Below are positions 50,230 to 62,365 of a DNA stretch of 64,000 nt, piece after piece. The DNA is from Antedon mediterranea (lineage: Eukaryota; Animalia; Echinodermata): contig NC_092678.1 in NCBI RefSeq assembly GCF_964355755.1, forward strand, positions 14,472,371-14,536,370, read 5' to 3'. Position 1 is the stretch's first letter. Each line of letters opens with the position of its first letter. The translations under genes and the position numbers were made by a program. The notes under the pieces were generated by a model that had not been told where the DNA came from, ran no database searches, and worked only from the letters and a program-made list of their open reading frames with translations.

Positions 50230-51330
50230 TCGTCGTACTTCGTCTCAAATTAAAAAGCCAGTCAAAGTCTCATTCCAGAAGGTTTCTATAAAATTCGACG
50301 CTTAATCTATCCGATCCTAGACTTTCTATCTCGAGATCTTTTGATTTTGATCGAAGTTCTTTTGATTAGTTAGTATTTTTGCTTCTTTGTTCAATATTTC
50401 TTTTTGAATATTTTCTATGTTTTCATTTTTTACACAATATTGTATAAAAAATGCTTTAATTTTTATTTTTATATATTCCCATAACATTTCAGGGTTTATG
50501 TTATGTTTATTTTTTGTTTCATTTTCAAATATTCTTTTTATAGCAAAACTGTAATTTTCTTCGTTTAGGACACATTATTGTCATTTATTTTCCATATTCC
50601 AGGTACACGCTCGTTGTCTTTGTTTAACAATTTGAGTGAAATAGCTAAGTGATCGCAACAAATTGAGGGCCTTATATCTGTTGACATAATGTCATCATTT
50701 TTATTTAGGGCTTTAGAGACACACCCGAAGTCTAATATTCTGTAGGTGTTTTTACGCGCCAAGTGAATTGTACTTTACAGTTAGAACTATGTCTCCATAT
50801 ATCTGATTATGTTTTTTCATGCAATTTTCAAGAATCAATGGTGAATTATCATAATTATGAACACATTTCTTTGGTCAAAAATCAAAAACGCACTTCATGT
50901 CTCCACCTAAAATAGTATAATCGTCAGTTGTATTACAGAGAGTATCGACCTTTTTCTCTACTTTTTTAAAGAACAATGCTCTCTCTTTGTAATTGTTTGG
51001 TGAGTACACGTTAATTATATTAATTATTTTTCTACCATCTGTTATACAAAGATCATTTTTCCCTCATCATCAATGTATTTACACTCGATGTTTTTTATAT
51101 CAAAATTCTCTTTAAATAGGATGGTTAAACCTCTACTATTTCTGGTGCCACAGCTATGGTACGCCGTGCCTTTCCATATGTTTTCTTTACAATTTGTATC
51201 TTTCTTACCGCAATGTTTTTCTTGTAGGAAAACAATAGCAACTTTTGGTCTTCTAGCCATTTATAAACTTGTCTTACCTCTTACATTTAATGAAATTAAA
51301 TGCGAATAATTATTTTTTTTTTTCATCCAT
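50230..51330 (-). mobile_element. L1/Tx1-type LINE ORF2 5' fragment (APE endonuclease), degenerate
   Basis: ISLNVRG, FLQE, RGLTILF, INVYSPN, ILGGD, CDHLAI, PGIWKIN remnants. Confidence 0.8.
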
Positions 51331-51802
51331 TTATATATATATTTTGTTATATATTTTTTTTTAATGTCTTAATTGAGCTTTAAACGTACAAATATCGACG
51401 TTAATGATTGTAGTAAGTCATGTTTTAACTGACGGCTTCCTTATTTCCCCTAAATGTTGTGTTCCATACGTTTAATATTATTATTACTTTACATTTGTGT
51501 TAAAGATAATTTCAGATTTCTCATTCATGTCAACATACAATGGATATTATTGTTGCATCAAAAAATATTATTGTAATAATAATTAAATATTAAAATGTTA
51601 ATATTAAATTATTATCTTTAGAGAAAACAAGCCAAACCAAAACAGCAAATTAAACAGCTTAATGTGTTGAGGTGAGTTGTAAAGTTGAAGAACATTTTTA
51701 AAAGGCGAAAGACATTTTATATGAAGTTACAAAAATCATAAATGTTACCATTATTTTGTTAATGTATTGATGTAATTCATGCTATATCCTATACCTTTAC
51801 AG

Positions 51803-52196
51803 TTTACAAAATGCACTCGAGAATAATGACTTGCAACAAATTAAAGAAATATGTAAAACAAAGCCTGATCTTTTGACAACCCAAGATGAGGTAAGCAACA
51901 GATAGTGTTTCAATATTACTAATAATAAATTATTTTCATTCAATTAGTTCCTAGAAGACCATTATATTTATGTAAATTGTAAAACTGTTTTCAAAAAAGC
52001 CTACTTTCAAATGTAATGTGTACTGGATCAATAACATATTCTTTATTGACGAATGCTACAGATTAAATGAACAAATTAACTTACCGTCAAGATTCATCAG
52101 AACTTACTGTCATTGATTTTCTTAAATAGGGAGATCGGTGGGGTACACACTGTAGTTGGTTGAACGTTTCATTAGACGGTCAGATTGAAAGTTTAT
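51803..52196 (+). pseudogene. Possible exons of an ankyrin-repeat-like gene fragment
   Basis: AG/GT-bounded 51803-51890 (LQNALENNDLQQIKEICKTKPDLLTTQDE) and 52130-52196 (...VSLDGQIESL). Weak similarity only. Confidence 0.3.
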
Positions 52197-53255
52197 GTAT
52201 GCAAGAGACATTTTTGTAATTTAAAAAACTAAGAACATAATTGAGTTCATCTAAATATTATCTACAAGATACAAGATAAAAGATAACTTTATTGTCAAAT
52301 AGTTCAGTGAAAGATTTGAAATTGGTTTTACTCATGGCAATGTAATATAAAAATAGAATACAATCAGTAAACTGTTAAAACACAAAGTAAAACACACAGT
52401 ACTTTAAAATATACAGATAAAATGCATATACAAGAATTACAAAAATAATAAGAGGATAAAGGCTATTAGGTGTTCCCAGCGGTTCGAAAATACAATTATT
52501 TGTGTTTGTCGTCATTATATCTAAATATGTATTGTGCATATAATTATCTCCATTTATACATTTCTTAACTGTTTTAACTATGCGTCCAAATTGCTTTTTA
52601 TTGGATTCATTCGTGTTGCCATTGTAGGAAGTTAAGTTGAACATTATAACAATTTGTATAACGGCTTTGTAGAAGAGCAAAATTATTTCTTCATTTACCC
52701 TAAAGCGTTTCAGTTTCCTAAGGAAATATACCACAGCTGTTCCAGAATTATAAATTAAGTGTAGCGCCTCCAACGTTCATATCGTTTTATGGAGTAGCGA
52801 TTCCGAAAACATATTGTATACAAACCACACGAGGTACCCGGAAGCAATCAAGCATAAAACGACTGTATTTTAATAGCCAATAAAAACAAATAAAAACCGC
52901 GAAAGCCAGAAAAATAATGAATATTCATTAGAACAACCCTGGATGAAGGTAAAAAAGATGTTGATGTCGTTTTATCACGTGGATTTTCAGAGGGAATCTA
53001 ACTGAAAGTTAACCAACATTGTATACCCAACGCCAGTTTTTTTCTCAAGTGATACATTTAAAAAGTAGGTATAAATGTTTTTTTCCATATCAGTTTAAAA
53101 ATAATTTTTGAAAATGAATTCTTGATTTAGTTGGATACTTTAGTTATCCTTGAATGTTTTAACAAGGTTTGTATTCATATTGCCTTGCTGGATTTTTTCC
53201 TATGCTAGCTAGGCCCAGGCCTCCTTGCGTGGTTAAAACCAGCTGTGTATTTTTA

Positions 53256-54053
53256 CGCCGTGCCTAAAGATACGGTACCGTATTCTAACTTCTGTTTACT
53301 AAAGGTACGGTAAAATTGCATTAAGTCATAATCAGCCAATGGGTGCTGGTACGTGTGTGACGTCATCGTATAAGGACTTGGGATTTTTTTTCATATCGCG
53401 TCTGTTGCATGTTTGTGTAGAGAATTGCTATCGGTGGCGCCAGGCTGCGTGGATGTGTGTGCGCTGCAGATGAGGGTTTTATTTTTATTCCAAATGGCCT
53501 ATTTAGGCCTATATTTTTTATTAAACTTTGTTTAATAATGGTGACCATAAACAACAAGCAAATGCAGACAATAAAGGGGCCCTTAAATACTATGATTTAG
53601 ACAGTAGCCCCAGGGCTAACGAGTCACAGAAATCAGCGCACACATGCAGCTGGCCCCAGCCTGGCATCGCTTTCCCTTCACAAACAAACTCATATAATGA
53701 TGTTATAGTAGACCTACGTAGTACGTAGTACGTAGGCCTAGCCTAGGCCTCTTTTGAAACGGTTTTCTGTATTCTAGAATTAAAATCAACATGTTTTGGC
53801 TTTTCAATAATAATAACAGACGTAGGCTACATTTAGTTTTTGTCACACACGACGGCGATAATAGCGATAAATAAAGCATACAGAAAATGCGGTTGATCAC
53901 TGTTTTCGCGATATGAAAAAAAATCCACAAAGTCCTTATACGATGACGTCACACATGTACAGCACCCCATTGGCTGGTTATGACGTAATGCAATTTTACC
54001 ATACCTTTAGTAAAAAGAAGTTAGAATACGGTACCTTATCTTTAGCCACGGCG
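53256..54053. mobile_element. Mutator-like (MULE) MITE
   Basis: ~145-bp TIRs (CGCCGTGCCTAAAGATACGGTACCG / CGGTACCTTATCTTTAGCCACGGCG) and a perfect 9-bp TSD GTATTTTTA. Confidence 0.85.
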
Positions 54054-54660
54054 GTATTTTTAACAGGTAAACATGTCTGTTCTGGGGCCTGAGTGACAGG
54101 TTAAAGCTGTTTCTAGTAGGCTAGCCTGGTCCTAATTAATAATGAGGCCTAGCTTAGGACCTAGCTGGGAGGGGAGGGGAGTTACACTACAGTAGGTCAG
54201 GCTACAAGCCTATACTATATATAAAATATAGGCTACATCATCAGCAGGTTAAAGGCCTAGCAGCCTACCTAAACCTTCTTAGTCAAAGATAAGTTCTCGG
54301 GGGTGTAATATATTAATAGAAAGAAGCTATAGAGTACTGTGACATTAAATATTTAATTATAACAAATGTATATTTCTTTCATATTTGTATTGTATATTTA
54401 TTATTAATACAGTATTTTGATATGCAATCAAAATCTGAATCAGGAAATAACATTTTAACATTTTATTTGAAACATGTATTGTCATTTGAAAGATGTATTG
54501 TCTTTTGAAATGACAAAAATCATGAATTAAATTTTAATGTAACAAGAAAGTTTATAAATGAGAATTTAAATTATACAGATGTTTGAAGAAATTAATCACA
54601 CATTAAGAATAAATAAAACCAGACAAAATTCACATAATTTGTTCATCAGTTTTTGCTTAC

Positions 54661-56920
54661 CATATTGATCTATTTCTGAATCAGTGATGCGCCTAGTATG
54701 GTTTATGCATTCATGGACATTAGTAAAGGTTTTGAATACAGGTGTAAATGATTCCTGTATCTTGTGCAATTTTGTTTCAAGCAGTTGCTTACAGTTTGTA
54801 GGACAGTGATGTATCTGTTGCTTTAAAGTCATTGAGACACCATCCATGAGCTTTTATATGATGTTGAACTAAAAATAAAATGAATAGTTTAAAATAAAAC
54901 ATTTACAGTATGGCGAGAGTCAATCGCAAATAATTCTTAATTGTATTACTTATTTTGCTGTGTAAAAATTAACGAACTTCACTAGAAATTTTAGTTACTC
55001 ACTTTGCATGCTCTGTATACATGGTTTCCCACAAAACTCTTTCCGTGGTACTGCTGTCGAGGAATTTTATTTTTCCACAACACCTCGTCCATTTTTGTAC
55101 ATAGAGGTCCAGTTCAAAATGTTATCTCTTGGTTCATAGTACTTCGCTATATAAAATATAAAAGAAATATAGCATTAATTTTTATAGTATTGTATATTTT
55201 AGACATAATTTTAAATTTTAAAGGTGTTTACTGTAGTACTGACCAAGTCTTTGACCTCTTGTTCTTTCAGATTTATTCTGTGGCCAGTCTCTGCAATCTC
55301 TGCAATCTTGTTATGCTGTTTTGTCACAAGTGACACTGAGAGCTCGTTTCTTAAATCCTCAAGATTCTCTTCTAAAGACTGGATTTTAATCATTGTAGCA
55401 TTTCGATGCGCTGCAACTTCTGATATGCTTTTCTCAAAGTCTGCTAGATGATCACCTGAGATTAAACAATATTGGTCAATCAAATAAATTTCAATCTGCA
55501 TCAAAAATGAGCATCAAAATTAGTATATTTAGAAAATGTTAATGATAATATGGATAATTCATAGAAAAATAAGTTTCACCCAAAGGTTTGTTTATTATGC
55601 ATAAAAACAGGATAAACAATTTCGAAATTTACTGAATTCTATGCTGAAAGGGACAATGTATATTTAAAAAGCAACTTGACCAATTGAGTTTATTTAATGT
55701 CAATGTAAAGTTGAAACAACATTTGAAGTTACCAGTCAAGATGTCACCATCCTGTCGCATGTTAAAAATTATAACATCAAAATTGTGCACGTCTTTTTCC
55801 AGCATATCATAGAGTTTCTTAAACAACCCAAGAGAAATGTGTAATGCTGGTATTGACACCTGGAAAAATAGTTTAATAAAGAGGTATATTTATAAATTAC
55901 TGTAACAATTGTTTGTTTTGACAGTTATTTTATACTAACATTGTTATTTAATATGGAAGTACAAACACACATTTCATTGTTTGGAGTGTGTATTAAACTT
56001 TCTAAATTGAGATTTTAATTAATTTTGAATTTAACATAACATAAACACTGGGGACCTGTGCTGTTATGATTATTTACCTACCCTGTTTAATTCGATGTCT
56101 ACCAGGTATGGCCTAACAACGCTGTGCGATATTGTTTTCCTTTTTTTTTCACTACCATGGTCTACAAAATACTTGTAGTCACGATTCTAGGTCTTGATAC
56201 ATCTACAGGCTTGAGGAACATTGTTGGTTCTAATGTCATCTTGATTACAAAAACAATAGATGCAACTGTACTTTCCTTTAAAAAAATCAATTTTTAAATC
56301 TACATAATATATATAGTACTTCAGTTTTGTGTAACAAATGCCAAACAATGAGAACTAATAGCCAAAATATAAAAAAAAAATTGTATTGAAACTGGAAATT
56401 GTACTTACCATTTGGGCCAACAAGTCCATATACCTTTGACAAAATATCATAATCTCCAAAAAAGAATAGGCGGATATTGTGAGTTCTGTAAAATGAGAAG
56501 TTATTTTCATTCAATTACCATGAATTCTAATTAATTACATTAATCATAATTAAAGATATACAAATTGTAACATTTTCAAATTAAGTTGCATATTATAATT
56601 ATGTAACTCTGCTATATACTTAAGTCAGTGTTACTCATTCCAATATTATACTACTGTATTTAATATTACTTTTTGGTCTTTGGTGAGGTCCACTGGTTTC
56701 CATCTAAATCCATGACTTCATCAAGAACCAGTTTCAAGCCTTTTTCGACATTAACTATAAAATCTGGTGCTTGGAATGCCAAAATGACAATAATACTGTG
56801 CAGTGCATTGGGTTTAGGTAAACTGCAAATTTGAACTTCAAATTTAGTGGTATCACCAGCCTTGTCTCCACCAAACTTGAGAAATATGTCTCCACCTAGC
56901 TTAGGCCCACATTACTGTCA
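54661..56920 (-). pseudogene. Multi-exon Chapaev/RAG1-like DDE transposase, degenerate
   Basis: Exons ~56920-56670 (LKFGGDKAG), 56485-56409 (FFGDYDILSKVYGLVGPNG), ~56276-56082 (KYSCIYC), 55859-55733 (IPALHISLGLF), 55455-55244 (coiled coil), 55146-55003 (RQQYHGKSFVGNHV), 54868-54661. GT-AG introns; several stops. Confidence 0.75.
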
Positions 56921-59900
56921 AGTTTATCGCCGGCGTCAACGCACTTTCTAAGCCTATCGCCAAACCGTTTTCTCGCTGATAACAATAACAATGTATAAAG
57001 GGTTGAAAAATATGCGAGTTTTACTAAAAACTGAACCAGGCTATATATTAACATAACTTGTATTATTTTATTTATATAATAATGATGGCCTATAATCTAG
57101 TTCGTTCTTTTTCTAAAAAAATGAATTATATACAAAAAATAAGTTAAGAATACAATGATATTTTCTACTTACGATTGTTTACTATTTCATTACACAGTTT
57201 ATATCGACTTCCTGGTTTAAGTGTGGGAGATTATTTCAGTAAAATGGACAATGTCATCGTTTATTTATTAATTTATATTAAAGAAACAATAAAATATTGA
57301 TTTTTTAATTGAACATAAACTTTTTTAATCGTTTGGTTTTGTATAAAATGTGTTTTCTACATAAAAACTAACGGTAGCAAAATTTAATTTGGCGTTCGCG
57401 AAATAATGGTTTGTAAACAAAATTCATAAGTTTGCGCGGATCGGAGAGCGTCGTCTGCTAACACTGAGGGCGCTTTACTTTTTCTGATATCTTAACACTA
57501 GTTGAAACAGCTGTGATACAAACGTGTATTAGCTTTGCGAACAATTGCTGCAGTCTGGTCTGTCCATGTAAGTTTCACATCAATCATGGTTCCTAAATAT
57601 GTATATTTGTCAACTTGTTCAACAACTGATCCGTCAATTATAAGTGGTTCAATTGAGGTTTTTTAATTCTGAAATCAATAATTAATTCTTTAGTTTTCTT
57701 AATATTGAGCTCTAAGTAATTATATATTTACTTCATCGAAGTAATCGTAGGTTTGTCTGACATGAAACCCGTTATTACAGTATCATCTGCATACTTGATG
57801 ATGGAGCACTTAAGGTCTTCACACGCATAGTCACTCGTATAGAGTGTAAATAAAATGGAGGATAATACATAACATTGTGAGGCGCCGGTGCTGACTTTGC
57901 ATACTTTAGATTGCGCATCTCCGATCTTAATATACTGTTTTCGTTTCCTAAGGTAACTGATAAGCCATAACAACATTTTAGTGTTGACATTTAATTTATA
58001 CATTTGAAAGCACTAGAAAAGTCAATAAAAGTTGATATGATGAAATATTATCTTTTATAGAATAAGTGTGTCTCGCCAATTTAACATCATAATAATCGAG
58101 GGTCATTCACACATATGTATTTACATAGTAGTCTTTCAATTGTTCTGTTTATTTTTAAGCTGGTTAGAATATAATTATTATTCTTGAAATAATGTCAATT
58201 TGAAAATTTACCTGAATCTGATAACCAAAGTTCTAAACAGAGACTGAAGGAAGACAGGGTTGCTATTGAGAAATTATTCAATGAGTTGCTAGTGATTGAG
58301 GGAGTTGAAATAACAGAAGTGGGAAATACACGGAAGACGGGTGTAGAATGGCAAGAGTTTTTTTGGATAGCCTGAAAAGTAAAATGGAAGTGATGGTAAA
58401 TGCAAAAAAACTTAGACGCACGCATTTCTAAAGAACATATATATTAATCTTGATAGATCAAAAAAAGAGAGGCAAATGAACTATGAGTTAAGACAGGAAC
58501 TAAGAACAAGAAAAGTTAACGGCGAGATTAATCTTGTTATAAGAAGAGGTAAAATTGTGAAGCGGGATAGCGAACTGGCGTTTGATCGTTTTCGAGGCCC
58601 TAGTTCATCATCATAAAGAATTTTCGAATATAGAATTTTTTAGTTTGGAAGAAAATTATTTTAAGTGAAACACAAATTTATAAGAAGAAAAAAATGTACA
58701 GAGGACAAGAGAAATTTTAAAACTTTTATAGAAGGAATAAAGCAGAAGAAATCTAGTATAAGAAACGATGACATTGTTGATTTTCATGAGAAGTCGTTGA
58801 CTTTTCTTTACACAAATGCAGATGCCTTGAGAAATAAAATAGGTGAGTTGCGTGATAGTACAAATCAAAAAACTTGATGTGGTTGCAATAACAGAAGTAA
58901 ATAACAAAACTTGTACAGACATATTGGAAGTTGAGTTAAGCATCAAGTGATATACACAATTTGATTCTGGCAGAAGTGATAGAGGTGTGGTGATTTTAGC
59001 AAAGGAAGAGCTGAAATGCCAGTATCTGTAACGAGTTACTAAACCAAATTTTCACTTTTCAGGTATATCTCTGCTAAAAAGGCACCTAGAGTTCTGATTT
59101 TAGGTGCAAATTATATGGTAGTGGGGTCACCAAACATACTGGTATAACTAACATTTTGATTCCATGGCGGCCATGTTGGATTTCAAAATTGCGGATTTCA
59201 AATTTCCATTTTTCAGGTATATCTCTGCTAAAAAGGCACCTAGAGTTCTGATTTTAGGTGCAAATTACGTTAATGGGGTCACCAAACATATTGGTATTTA
59301 ACTGACATTTTTATTGTATGGCGGTCATTTTGAATTTCAAAATGGCGAACTCAAAATGATTCAGTACGGTACCTACAGTTATAATTTTAGGTACAATGTA
59401 TAATAATTATAGTATTGAGGTCAACAAACATATTAGTATAACGTCATTGATTACATGGCGGCCATTTTGAATGTAGCTCAACCCGTAGTGGCTTTACACT
59501 ATTTGTTTACGTTCATAATTACATGTATTTAACACGGACACTTATTGTAGGTTACATTTTCCCTGGCAACCACACAGCTCTGTATATCGTAAATCACTCT
59601 TTCTGCATTTACAGCATCCAAGATCACAGTCGGTGTGTCCAAAGCGAATTAAAACCTTTGTGACATCTGAAAGTTCTCCAAGCAATGAATCCAAGCTGTA
59701 CTAAATTTGTTGCCGTCCTTCCTCTATCCCCAGTTCGCTGGGTCCTATTCAACCCTGAATACATCTAGACAGTCGTACCACTTCCTGGCTTCCGTTTCAC
59801 ATGTTCTCTTAATGCCGCAGATGTTGGGGGATATTTTCAATAGTCTTTCTCTTGTTGTAAAAAGATATCGTATTGCATCATTAAATGTTCTGCAGTACAC

Positions 59901-61054
59901 ATAGTTACAACAAACTGTTCTAGATAATCTGTGTCTGTTTCACTAACATGCCCTACAGACAATGACATCCTCTCAAAAACTGGAGTCATACAGTACATGG
60001 CATCTTTTTCAAAGTCTCGTCAAATGTATCTTTACCTTTTCCTTAAACAGATGAAGTTCTATCACAACCGCTAATGGTATGAAAGAACAAGTAAGCGGCT
60101 GATGTTTGTGATCCAAGAGAAGAAGCAATCTCGTGTATTGGGATGTACTTCAAGTGCTTCCCCACTCCAAATTCGATCAGAAGCTCGTGGATGCCAGATA
60201 TTCTGTGGAAAGCTGACAACAACATCACTGTGTACCAGTCTTGACAATGCGTGGAAAATTTCAGCGGCAAGTTTAACGTGAACAAACATACGTTCATCTG
60301 CCTCTTCTATGTTACATGGCATCAGCGATTGTATATTTACTGGTTTGTTACAGCTCTGTCTCCCAAAGATCCTACAAACATTCCGTGATTTGTGCCAATG
60401 TTCTCTACTACTTCAGTTACAATAAATGAAAACCACTCCGATTTGTTGTCATCAAATCTAAAAAAATGTGGTCCAATTGTTGGGCATGCTCCCGCTGGCT
60501 TTAACGACCATCCTTACACCACAAACGCGGTTTGAACGTGTACCAGACTTTAAACTGTCATTTAAGTATATATCGAAAAACAAATCTAGTCGTGTCACTG
60601 ATCGAAGTTGACACAAATCACGGAATGTTTGTAGGGTCTCTAGGAGACAGAGCTGCAACAAACCAGTCTGTAAATATACAACTGATGATGCCACGTAACA
60701 TAGAGGCAGATGAATGTATGTTTGTTCATGTTAAACATGCCGCTGAATTTTTTCTGCGCATTCTTGTCAAGACTGTAGACAGTGATGTTATTGTTATTGC
60801 ATTGTCAGCTTTCCACAGAATACCTAGGATCCACGAGCTTTGGATCGAGTTTGGAGTGGGGAAGCACATCCCAATACACGAGATTGTTTCTTCTCTTGGA
60901 CCACAAGCATCAGCCGCTTACTTGTTTTTTTCATTCCTTTAGCGGTTGTGATACAACTTCATCTGTTCAAGAAAAAGGTAAAGCTACATTTAACGAGACT
61001 TGGAAAAAGATGCCAAGAATGACTTCAGTTTTCGATGTGCTGTCATTGTCTGTA

Positions 61055-61370
61055 AGGTAAAGTGTCGAGACCTAAGCTAATTATAATGGCCGTGGTGCCC
61101 ATGTCCATTTCTTTAGCGTTTGAGCCAGACTCCACTAAGTGTGTATGTTTGTGGGAGTACGCCACTCATCCCGCACAAACGAGTCTGATTTACCTTCCCA
61201 GTACTTTTTACATACCGGTACCCATTTCTATCATCTGGGTGGGGAGGAACAATGTGGATAAAGAATCTTACTTAAGGACTCAACACTGCAGTGACCGACC
61301 GGGCTTGAACTAGCAACCTATTGATTGCAAGTCCAATGCTCTAACCACTGCGCCACAGTGCTCCACACTC
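61055..61370 (-). mobile_element. tRNA-derived SINE with a Deu/Nin-like central domain
   Basis: TGGCGCAGTGG A box, AGTTCAAGCC B box, GTCCTTAAGTAAG..CACATTG..AAATGGGTACC core, CTTTACCTT tail. 11-bp TSD CATTGTCTGTA (61044-54, 61371-81). Confidence 0.85.
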
Positions 61371-61649
61371 CATTGTCTGTAGGGGATGTTAGTGAAATAG
61401 TTCATTGCTGGAACTTTCAGATGTCACAAAGGTTTTAATTCGCTGTGGACACACCGACTGTGATCTTGGACGCTGTAAATGCAGAAAGAGTGATTTACGA
61501 ATATGATGTACATAGCTTTGTGGTTGCCAGGGAAAATGTGACCTACAATAAGTGTCCATGTTAAATGCATGTAACTATAAACATAAACAAATAGTGTAAA
61601 GCCAGTACAGTTGGAGTTACGTTAAAAATGGCCGCCGGCGGCAATGCAA

Positions 61650-62365
61650 TCAATATGTTTGGTGACCCATTACCACATAATTTGAACCTAAAATCAGAAC
61701 TCTGTGTACCTTTTTAGCAGAGATATACCTGAAAAGTGAAAATTTGGGTCCGCAATTTTGAAATCCAAAATGGCCACCATGCAATCAAAATGTTAGTTAT
61801 ACTAATATGTTTGGTGACCCCATTACCATATAATTTGCACCTAAAATCAGAACTCTAGGAGCCTTTTTAGCAGAGATATACCTGAAAGTGAAAATTTGAA
61901 GTCCGCCATTTTGAAATCCAACATGGCCGCCATGCAATAAGAATGTTAATTATACCAATATGTTTGGTGACCCCACTACCATATAATTTGCACCTAAAAT
62001 CAGAACTCTAGGTGCCTTTTTAGCAGAGATATACCTGAAAAGTGAAAATTTGGGGTCCGCCATTTTGAAATCAAACATGGTCGCCATGCAATCAAAATGT
62101 TAGTTATACCAATATGTTTGGTGACCCCACTTCCATATAATTTGCACCTAAAATCAGAACTCTAGGTGCCTTTTTAGCAGAGATATACCTGAAAAGTGAA
62201 AATTTGGGGTCCGCCATTTTGAAATCAAACATGGTCGCCATGCAATCAAAATGTTAGTTATACCAATATGTTTGGTGACCCCACTTCCATATAATTTGCA
62301 CGTAAAATCAGAACTCTAGGTGCCTTTTTAGCAGAGATATACCTGAAAAGTGAAAATTTGAAATC
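61650..62365 (+). repeat. ~153-bp tandem array (about 5 units), Academ subterminal repeat; inverted copies at 59047-59470
   Basis: GAGATATACCTGAAA recurs at ~61720, 61873, 62026, 62180, 62334. Confidence 0.9.

Larger units (their letters stand above)
52732..57515 (-). mobile_element. Chapaev-type (CMC; RAG1/Transib-related) DNA transposon
   Basis: Termini CACAGCTGTTCCA / TGAAACAGCTGTG with 4-bp TSD ATAC (52728-31, 57516-19). It cleanly interrupts a LINE ORF and contains a spliced DDE transposase remnant. Confidence 0.8.
52263..58035 (-). mobile_element. Rex1/Babar-like LINE split by the Chapaev-type insertion (pieces 58035-57516 and 52731-52263)
   Basis: KYADDTVITG and KANTRLY on the right piece continue as YFLRKLK on the left piece. 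Same (TATCTTG)n tail as the 20902 element. Confidence 0.8.

Noticed and set aside
52800-53250. RAG2-like partner gene converging on the Chapaev transposase
   Set aside because: Only short, stop-interrupted frames; no kelch or PHD motif recognisable.
61650-62365. Regular repeats resembling a CRISPR array
   Set aside because: Whole ~153-bp units repeat with no unique spacers, there are no cas genes, and the context is a eukaryotic transposon.
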